From an uncultured Chloroflexia bacterium (GTDB lineage Bacteria > Chloroflexota > Limnocylindria > Limnocylindrales > CSP1-4), in NCBI GenBank assembly GCA_963713975.1, contig OY970218.1:2752001-2816000 (forward strand): a stretch of DNA of 64,000 nt. The letters run 5' to 3'. Both the position numbers and the translations under genes were made by a program. The notes under the pieces are model-generated. The model was not told the DNA's origin and made no database searches. It worked only from the letters and a program-made list of their open reading frames with translations. Each line of letters begins with the position of its first letter. Positions within the stretch are counted from its first letter, which is position 1. Below, piece by piece: positions 56,808 to 64,000 of this stretch.

Positions 56808-58426
56808 GCGGCCTGCGCGGCCCGGACGACCTGCCCGCGTTGGACGACGTGCCCACGCCGGCGGACGAAGGCGTCGGGGACACTGTGACGCCGTCATCCC
56901 CGGGTCCGATCAGGAAGGTGACCCCCGTGGCGCCGCGTCGCTCGCGCTCGATCGGGTCGAACGTCTTCCGGACCGGGATTGCCGTGGTGTGCGGCTTCGC
57001 GATCCTGGCCGTCGGCGCCGGCTGGTGGCAGGTGGCCGAGGCCCAGAGGCTGTCCACCGCGCCCGACAACCCGGCAGTCATCGCCATCGCACGGCGGGCG
57101 GTTCGTGGGCCGATCATGGATCGCAACGGGCAGTGGCTGGCGCGCAGTGGCCGGGATGCCAACGGTGAGGCCACCCGCGAGTACCGCGACGACGACATCA
57201 GTCCCGTGGTGGGCTACGCCTCGCGGAAGTACGGCACGGCCGGTCTCGAGCGTGCCTACAACACGGAGCTCCTCGGCCTGTCGGGCGCCGGCACGATCGG
57301 TGACCTGATGGGCAAGTTCGGCGTCACGTCGGACGACCCGCTCGGCCTGCAGCTCTCGCTGGACCTCAGGCTCCAGCGAGCGGCAGTGCGCGGTCTGGGG
57401 TCGGACAAGGGCGCGGTCGTCATGCTCGACCCGGCCACCGGCGAGATCCTGGCCATGGCATCGACGCCGGTGTACGACGCCTCGGCGATCGCCGACCCGG
57501 CGACCGCGACCGCGACCTTCGAGCAGCTCCAGGCCGACGAGGACCGGCCCCTGCTGCCGCGCGCCACGCTGGGCCGCTACGTGCCTGGATCCGTGTTCAA
57601 GATCGTCACCGGCATCGCAGGCCTGAACACGGGCGCGGTGAACGCTTCGACGACCTTCGAGGAGCAGCCGCCGGCCGAGACGAAGGGCCTCCTGGTCGAG
57701 GGCTTCCGCGTCCGCGATGGCCACCATCCCGAGACCGGTTCGACGGCGCTCGACCTGGCGGCTGCGACGGAGGTCAGCTGCAACATCTGGTATGCGCTGA
57801 CCGGACTCGCGACCGGCGGCGATCGCCTGGTCGACCAGGCGGCGCGGCTCGGCTTCGGGGCTTCCATCCCGTTCGACCTGCCGACGGCGATCAGCCAGGT
57901 GACCTCCGGCAACGGCCAGGCGCCCGGCGGGTTCACCGACGACGCAGAGCTGGCATCGGCGTCCTTCGGGCAGGGCGAGACGTTCGTGACCCCGCTCCAG
58001 ATGGCCCTCGTGGCGGCGACGGTCGCGAACGACGGCGTGCTCATGAAGCCCCATGTGGTCACGGGCCTGACCGGCGATGGGCCCGGGGCCCGGACGATCG
58101 CACCCGAGACCTGGCGGCGGGTCCTGGGCGACGACGACGCCCGCACGCTCCAGGCCGCGATGCAGCAGGCGGTGGAGGGGGATCTCGGCCGCCAGTTCAC
58201 CGCGGGCGCCAAGGTCGCAGGCGTTCCGACCGCCGGCAAGTCGGGCACAGCCGAACTGGGCGGCAAGGGCGAGCCCCACTCCTGGTTCATCGGCTTCGCA
58301 CCTGTCGAGAATCCGACGGTCGCGATCGCCGTCCTCGTCGAGCGGGGCGGCCGCGGAGGCGAGCGGGCGGCCCCGCTGGCGGGCGACCTGATGGAGCGGT
58401 ACTTCGAGCTGTACGGGGCGCCGTGA
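56804..58426 (+). CDS. pbpA: Class B penicillin-binding protein (PbpA-like)
   Basis: RGPIMDRNG, PGSVFK (SxxK), SCN (SxN), KSG. Confidence 0.9.
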   Translation: MSGLRGPDDLPALDDVPTPADEGVGDTVTPSSPGPIRKVTPVAPRRSRSIGSNVFRTGIAVVCGFAILAVGAGWWQVAEAQRLSTAPDNPAVIAIARRAVRGPIMDRNGQWLARSGRDANGEATREYRDDDISPVVGYASRKYGTAGLERAYNTELLGLSGAGTIGDLMGKFGVTSDDPLGLQLSLDLRLQRAAVRGLGSDKGAVVMLDPATGEILAMASTPVYDASAIADPATATATFEQLQADEDRPLLPRATLGRYVPGSVFKIVTGIAGLNTGAVNASTTFEEQPPAETKGLLVEGFRVRDGHHPETGSTALDLAAATEVSCNIWYALTGLATGGDRLVDQAARLGFGASIPFDLPTAISQVTSGNGQAPGGFTDDAELASASFGQGETFVTPLQMALVAATVANDGVLMKPHVVTGLTGDGPGARTIAPETWRRVLGDDDARTLQAAMQQAVEGDLGRQFTAGAKVAGVPTAGKSGTAELGGKGEPHSWFIGFAPVENPTVAIAVLVERGGRGGERAAPLAGDLMERYFELYGAP

Positions 58427-58474
58427 CCAGGGCCGGGTACGGCCAGGATCGACCAGGGGGTACGCTGCGCCACG

Positions 58475-58780
58475 ATGACCGACTCCAGCCGAGGACCCGC
58501 GACGCCCGCATCAGCTCCGCCGGCCGGCCCGGGCGCCCCCGCCCAGGAGCCAGCCCCCGTCCCGGAGCCCGCAGCTGCGACCACGACACCGCCGACGCGT
58601 CCGCGGCCGATGATCGAACGGATCGGGATGGCCGCGATCGCGCTCGTGGTCGGGGCACTGTTCGCCATCGTCTCGGCGGCGGCGTTCATCGGCGGCGAGC
58701 CGTTCCTCGGCGTGATGGGCGCGATGGGCCTCGTGATGGTCCTCTGGGTCGGAGGCATGACTCTGTTCAAGGGCCGCTAG
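58475..58780 (+). CDS. Small 2-TM membrane protein
   Basis: Pro-rich N-terminus and two hydrophobic helices; TACGCT 8 nt before ATG. Confidence 0.7.
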   Translation: MTDSSRGPATPASAPPAGPGAPAQEPAPVPEPAAATTTPPTRPRPMIERIGMAAIALVVGALFAIVSAAAFIGGEPFLGVMGAMGLVMVLWVGGMTLFKGR

Positions 58781-58964
58781 CCCAACGGACGGGACCGACC
58801 GGCAGGGCCGGCGAGAACCTCTTTGACGGAGCGGTCGTACACTGGATCGAGCGGCATGACGTCGCCGCGTCCCGAGTCCCGTATGCGACGTCACCTGCGG
58901 CCCGCTCCCGGCGTCAGTCGGGCATGGCACGGCGCGGCCCCAACCGCATGACGACGGGAGTCCG

Positions 58965-59948
58965 ATGAGCAGCATCCAGCAGGTTGGCGACAAGGTCCTG
59001 GCAAACGTCGAGCGCGTCATCGTGGGCAAGCACCACGAGGTCCGCCTGGCGCTCGTCGCGCTCATGTGCCGGGGTCACCTCCTGATCGAGGACGTGCCCG
59101 GCACCGGCAAGACGGTTCTGGCCAAGGCGATCGCCCGCAGCCTGGGCTGCACCTTCCGGCGCATCCAGTTCACCCCTGATCTCCTGCCGTCGGACGTGAC
59201 CGGCCTGTCGATCTACAACCAGAAGACGCAGGAGTTCGAGTTCCGGCCGGGCCCGATCATGAGCCAGGTGGTCCTCGCGGACGAGATCAACCGCGCGACG
59301 CCCAAGACGCAGTCCAGCCTCCTCGAGTGCATGGAGGAACGGCAGGCGACCATCGATGGCGTCACCCACCCGATGCCGGACCCGTTCCTCGTGATCGCCA
59401 CGCAGAACCCGATCGAGTATGAGGGGACGTTCGCGCTCCCCGAGGCGCAGCTCGACCGGTTCATGCTCCGGATCCGTCTGGGATACCCGGCCCTGCTCGA
59501 CGAGGTGCTCATCCTCGACGAGCAGAAGCGGACCCACCCCATCGACGACCTCGCCGAGGTCTGTTCCGTGGACGAGCTGCGCGAGCTGCAGGCCGGGGTG
59601 CGCGAGATCTACGTCGACCCCGCCGTCAGCGATTACATCGTCCGCCTGGTGGCCTCCACGAGGTCCCACCCTGACGTCTACCTGGGCGCCAGCCCGCGCG
59701 GCTCGATCGCCCTGTATCGCTCCTCCCAGGCGCTTGCCGGGCTCCTCGGCCGCGACTACGTGATCCCCGACGACGTGAAGTCGCTCGCGGAGCCGGCGCT
59801 GGCCCACCGCGTGATCGTCAAGACGAGCTCGTCCATCCACGACGTCTCCTCGGGCCACGTCGTCCGCGAGCTGGTCGGGTCGACGCCGATCGAGGCCGCC
59901 CGCCAGGCCGGCGGCCCTCGCGAGGTCAGCCCCGGCCGCGCCGGTTGA
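58965..59948 (+). CDS. moxR: MoxR family AAA+ ATPase
   Basis: [41 protein letters not shown]. Confidence 0.95.
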   Translation: MSSIQQVGDKVLANVERVIVGKHHEVRLALVALMCRGHLLIEDVPGTGKTVLAKAIARSLGCTFRRIQFTPDLLPSDVTGLSIYNQKTQEFEFRPGPIMSQVVLADEINRATPKTQSSLLECMEERQATIDGVTHPMPDPFLVIATQNPIEYEGTFALPEAQLDRFMLRIRLGYPALLDEVLILDEQKRTHPIDDLAEVCSVDELRELQAGVREIYVDPAVSDYIVRLVASTRSHPDVYLGASPRGSIALYRSSQALAGLLGRDYVIPDDVKSLAEPALAHRVIVKTSSSIHDVSSGHVVRELVGSTPIEAARQAGGPREVSPGRAG

Positions 59949-59961
59949 CGGGTCGATCGCG

Positions 59962-61176
59962 ATGATCCGTCGCCTCCAGGTGCTCGTCATCGCCGGCATC
60001 CTGGTCGTCGCGGCCTTCTCGACCGGGTGGGACTTCCTGTTCTTCCTGATCTACGTCGGGCTGCTGGTGGGCGGAGGCAGCTACGTCCTGACCCGGCTCG
60101 GGCTTGCGGATCTCGAGGCCGGATACGCCGTGAGCCAGTTGACCGCCCACGTCGGCGACCGGCTGCGGGTGACCTACACACTGCGCAACACCGGCCGCAT
60201 CCCCAAGCCATGGCTTGAGGTCCACAACCCCACGACGCTGCCGGGCGGCCTGCCCGGGCGCGCGCTTTCCCTGGGCAGTCGCCAGGAGCGCTCATGGCTC
60301 GTTCGCGCGGTGCTGGATCGTCGCGGCCACTATCGCGTCGAGCCGCTGCAGATCAGGACCGGCGACCCCTTCGGCTTCTTCGAGGCAGCGGCCGTGGTGG
60401 GGCAGGGGATCACCCTCGTGGTCTATCCGACCGTCGAGCCGCTGCCACTGTGGCGCCTGCCCCCGGCCAGCATCGAGGGCGCCCACGCGTCCCCTGAGCG
60501 GACCCTGCAGACCACGCCGCTGGCGACGACGGTGCGTCCCTACGAGCCGGGCGACTCGATGAACCGGATCCACTGGCGCAAGACGGCGCACCTCGGGGAG
60601 ATCCAGGTCAAGGAGTTCGACCTGGAGCAGACGGCCGACGCGTGGATCTTCCTGGACCTCGACGCGGCGTTCGAGGCCGGCATCGGGGGCGATTCGACGA
60701 CAGAGGTGGCCGTACGCGCGGCGGCGTCCATCGCGGACAAGGCGCTGGGCGAGAACCGGGCGGTGGGGATGACGGCCAACGGCCACCGCCTGACGGTCCT
60801 CCCGGCGGACCGCGGCCCCCGCCAGCGCCTCAAGATCCTGCAGCTCCTCGCGGCGGTGGAGGCGGACGGCACCACGCCGCTCGACGAAGCGTTGCTGACC
60901 AGCCTGGGCCGCCTGCGGCGAGGCATGACGGCGATCGTCATCACGGCGACCACGGACCCGTCATTCGTCCGGCCACTGGCTGCCCTGAAGGGCCGGGGGA
61001 TCACCACCGTTGTCGTCGCCCTGGATGTCGCCGCCTATGAGCCGGCCGAGGATCCTGCCGAGGCGGATCTCCAGCGCCAGCATGCCCGGGCGCTGCGCCA
61101 CGCCCTCGCGGAGTATCAGCTGGCCGCGTTCTCGATCGCCCCCCGGCAGCCGCTCGCAGAAGCCCTGGCACGATGA
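59962..61176 (+). CDS. DUF58 domain protein
   Basis: DPFGFF, RPYEPGDSMNRIHWRKTA, VKEF. Confidence 0.9.
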   Translation: MIRRLQVLVIAGILVVAAFSTGWDFLFFLIYVGLLVGGGSYVLTRLGLADLEAGYAVSQLTAHVGDRLRVTYTLRNTGRIPKPWLEVHNPTTLPGGLPGRALSLGSRQERSWLVRAVLDRRGHYRVEPLQIRTGDPFGFFEAAAVVGQGITLVVYPTVEPLPLWRLPPASIEGAHASPERTLQTTPLATTVRPYEPGDSMNRIHWRKTAHLGEIQVKEFDLEQTADAWIFLDLDAAFEAGIGGDSTTEVAVRAAASIADKALGENRAVGMTANGHRLTVLPADRGPRQRLKILQLLAAVEADGTTPLDEALLTSLGRLRRGMTAIVITATTDPSFVRPLAALKGRGITTVVVALDVAAYEPAEDPAEADLQRQHARALRHALAEYQLAAFSIAPRQPLAEALAR

Positions 61177-63446
61177 GCGAGTCGCCCCTTCGACGGCCCG
61201 CGGAAGGGTGGGCCACCCTCGGCCTCGTGGTCGCAATCGCCCTCATCCTGGGCTGGGCCGTCGACGCCCCGGCCTGGGTGATCGGCCGCGGAGCCCTCAC
61301 GGACGACCTGGCGCTGCTTGCCCTGTGCGGGGCTGCGGTCGGCTTCGTCGGCCCCAAGGTGGGCTGGGGGCGCTGGACGACGCACCTGGTGGGTGCGGCG
61401 CTCGCGGCGCTCGTCATCGCCATCGTTGCAGGCTGGGCGGAGCAACCTGGGGCCTCCGTCGCCGGGGCCTTCCGGATCACGGCCCATGGATCCACGGAGG
61501 CGTACCTCGACCTCGCGTGGCGCAGCCTGCCGCTCACCAGCCAGCACATCCACTACATCATGGTGCTGGGCGTGATCGTGTGGGGCACCATGCAGTTCGC
61601 GTCGTACGCCGTCTTCGGCCACGGGCGGCCCCTGGGCGGGATCGTGGCCGTGGGCACGGTGCTTGTCGCGAACATGGCGCTAACCACCCAGCCGATGGCG
61701 TACCTGGTGGCCTTCACCGGGGCGTCGCTGTTCCTGCTGATCGAGATGCACGCCTTCGACGAGCGCTCCGCGTGGCTGCGCCGCCGGATCGGCGACCCGT
61801 CGTCGCTCTCGGCGATGTACCTGCGTGGCGGCTCGTTGTTCATCCTGGTCACGCTGGTGGCTTCGATGCTGCTCACCCAGCGCGCCACCTCGGCACCCCT
61901 CGCCGGCGCATGGAGCGGCGTCGACGACCAGCTGGTCCGGATCGGTCGTGAGGTCGGCCGCCTGTTCCCGGTGGGCGGCGACCTGCGTGGTGGCGGCGGG
62001 GTCAGCTTCGGCTCCACCGCCCTCATCTCGTCCCGCTGGTACAGCGACGAGGGCATCGCGTTCACCGCCACCGTGCCTCAGGACGCAAAGGGATGGAAGT
62101 GGCGCGCCGCGACCTACGACACGTTCATCCTGGGCGCATGGGTGCAGGGCGAGGTGACGACCGTCCCGGTACAGGCCGCCGTGCCGCTGCTCGCCGGCAC
62201 ACCGGAGGATCCTTCCCCCGACGTCACCACCGCGATCACGACCACGGTTCGCCCGGACGAGTACCGCGACACGCTCCTGCTGGCACCCGGGGCGCCCACG
62301 GTTGTCGACCGCGACGCCAACGTGCTCCTGATCGGATCGGACGGCTGGTTCGCGGGTGTCCAGCTGCCAGCGGGCCGCGCCGGGTACACCGTCGAGAGCT
62401 CGGTCCTTCGCCTCGACGACGAGGAGGGGATCACCGGCAACGAGCTGCGCGCCTCGACCGAGGACTACCCGACAGACATCTCGGCGCGGTACACCACGGT
62501 GCCGGAAGGCGCGATGGGGCCCGACGCGCGCGCACTGCTCGCCACCATCCTCGAGGCCGCACGGACCACGGACCCCTATGACCTCGCCGTCACGATCCAG
62601 GACTACCTGCGGTCGGACGCCTTCAGCTACACCACGAACCTGACCGGGGTGCCGTGCGATTCTGCGAGCGCCGTCGAGTGCTTTGCCCGCACCCAGAAGG
62701 GGTACTGCCTCCACTACGCATCCACGATGGCGATCCTCCTGCGCGCCGCCGATCCCGGCAACCCCATCCCGACGCGGCTCGTCCAGGGGTTCCTGCCGGG
62801 AGCCCGCCAGGGTTCGACGGAGACCGTCACCAACAGGGGCGCCCATGCCTGGGTGGAGGTCTACTTCCCCGGCTACGGCTGGATCCCGTTCGACCCCACC
62901 GGCGGCGGCGTCGGCCAGCCGTCCGTGATCCCGGCCGGGCCTGAGGTGTCCGCCGCCCCGATCCCGAGTGGAACCGCCGGCCCGCGGGACGTCCCGGACC
63001 CGACCCGTCGCGGCGAGGGCGTGACCGGCCCGGTTTCGCCCGGTCCCGGGGGATCGCAGCCCGGCGACCGGACGCTGCTCATCGTGATCTCGGCGCTGCT
63101 CGCCCTGGTCGTCCTCGCCGCGGCGATCGCGGCATGGATGCGTGGTCCACGCGGCGAGGTCAGCCCGGAACTGGCCTGGCGATCGCTGTCACGGACGGCC
63201 TCGCGCCTCGGCTTCGCGCCGCGACCCACCCAGACGGTCTACGAGTACGCGGCGAGCCTCGGAGACCTGGTGCCCGTGGCCGGGGACGATCTGCAGGTCG
63301 TGGCGGCCGCCAAGGTTGAGACGACCTATGCACGTGCGCGGCTGGGCCCATCACGCCTGGATGCGGTACGTGCCGCGAACCGGCGGCTGCGGGTCTCGCT
63401 GTTGCGCCTCGTACTTCGCCGGCCGCGGCGCCGGGCGGGTCGCTGA
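61173..63446 (+). CDS. Membrane transglutaminase-like protein (TgpA family)
   Basis: N-terminal TMs; GYCLHYAS, HAWVEVYFPGYGW.PFDPT catalytic triad. Confidence 0.9.
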   Translation: MSESPLRRPAEGWATLGLVVAIALILGWAVDAPAWVIGRGALTDDLALLALCGAAVGFVGPKVGWGRWTTHLVGAALAALVIAIVAGWAEQPGASVAGAFRITAHGSTEAYLDLAWRSLPLTSQHIHYIMVLGVIVWGTMQFASYAVFGHGRPLGGIVAVGTVLVANMALTTQPMAYLVAFTGASLFLLIEMHAFDERSAWLRRRIGDPSSLSAMYLRGGSLFILVTLVASMLLTQRATSAPLAGAWSGVDDQLVRIGREVGRLFPVGGDLRGGGGVSFGSTALISSRWYSDEGIAFTATVPQDAKGWKWRAATYDTFILGAWVQGEVTTVPVQAAVPLLAGTPEDPSPDVTTAITTTVRPDEYRDTLLLAPGAPTVVDRDANVLLIGSDGWFAGVQLPAGRAGYTVESSVLRLDDEEGITGNELRASTEDYPTDISARYTTVPEGAMGPDARALLATILEAARTTDPYDLAVTIQDYLRSDAFSYTTNLTGVPCDSASAVECFARTQKGYCLHYASTMAILLRAADPGNPIPTRLVQGFLPGARQGSTETVTNRGAHAWVEVYFPGYGWIPFDPTGGGVGQPSVIPAGPEVSAAPIPSGTAGPRDVPDPTRRGEGVTGPVSPGPGGSQPGDRTLLIVISALLALVVLAAAIAAWMRGPRGEVSPELAWRSLSRTASRLGFAPRPTQTVYEYAASLGDLVPVAGDDLQVVAAAKVETTYARARLGPSRLDAVRAANRRLRVSLLRLVLRRPRRRAGR

Positions 63447-63499
63447 ACTCGCGCCGACAGGGACTACAGCGCCCCGTTCCCATGCGGCACCGCCTGGGA

Positions 63500-64000
63500 C
63501 TACAGCGCCCCGGACCTGGCCCGCAGGTCTGCGGCCGCGCGGGCCTCCTCGTCCAGCAGCGTGGCGAGATGCTCGGACAGGTTTGCGGCCCGCACGACTG
63601 GACGCCCGCCACGGAGCTCGATCACCGTGATCCCGGTCAGTGCCATCGTGAACATCCAGAAGTGGGTGAGCGGGAGTCCGAAGAGGCTCAGCATCACGAT
63701 CTTGAACACGCCGTCATGGCCCACAAGGATCGACCACGGCTGGCCGGCCTGTGGTCCGACACCCGGGTAGCCGCCAACCTGGGGACGGTCCAGCGTCCCG
63801 CGAGGGTAGTCGCGTCCAAGGCGCTCCAGCACGGCCGCGAGGGCCGGCCGAACACGCGCCTGGACCTGGGCGGGGGACTCGCCGCCCGGAGCCCAGACGT
63901 CCCACGGCCGACGGCGCCAGCCGGCGAGGGTGTCGGGCCAGCGGCGCGCGATCTCGTCGTGGGTGACCCCTTCCCATTCGCCCTGGCCGATCTCCAGCAG
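63500..64000 (-). CDS. Histidine phosphatase (phosphoglycerate mutase family), 5' truncated by window
   Basis: EIGQGEWEG, PGGES, LVGHDG, N..EHL. Confidence 0.85.
   Translation of the reverse strand: MLEIGQGEWEGVTHDEIARRWPDTLAGWRRRPWDVWAPGGESPAQVQARVRPALAAVLERLGRDYPRGTLDRPQVGGYPGVGPQAGQPWSILVGHDGVFKIVMLSLFGLPLTHFWMFTMALTGITVIELRGGRPVVRAANLSEHLATLLDEEARAAADLRARSGAL

Noticed and set aside
58965-63446. MoxR-DUF58-transglutaminase as a novel system
   Set aside because: A well-known, widespread three-gene arrangement

Overview
High-GC bacterial chromosomal window. Gene content and protein style suggest Chloroflexota, possibly Limnocylindria/Ellin6529-like (inference). Contents in order: (1) a form I aerobic CO dehydrogenase cluster, coxD-coxE-xdhC-mocA-methyltransferase-[promoter]-coxMSL-xdhC/YHS-coxG; (2) a rearranged MBL-fold hydrolase locus, with an intact gene, a perfect 153-bp inverted copy of its 5' end behind its own promoter, and a degenerate 3' copy; (3) a minus-strand operon (ABC ATPase, small protein, ABC-2 permease, RsgA, two GNATs) behind a structured leader with a uORF and terminator, a candidate ribosome-sensing attenuator; (4) lipoproteins, RidA, an aldolase, a large Ig-repeat surface protein and phosphatases; (5) a polyamine ABC transporter with an aminotransferase; (6) Mrp, Crp/Fnr, CinA and a gene with a probable CTG start; (7) tRNA-Leu, tig-clpP-clpX and T-box-valS; (8) zinc-ribbon proteins, one with a 39-bp tandem array, divergent from fhaA-fhaB-rodA-pbpA; (9) MoxR-DUF58-transglutaminase. 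No CRISPR array, transposase or integrase was seen. All product calls come from motif recognition by eye, without database searches.
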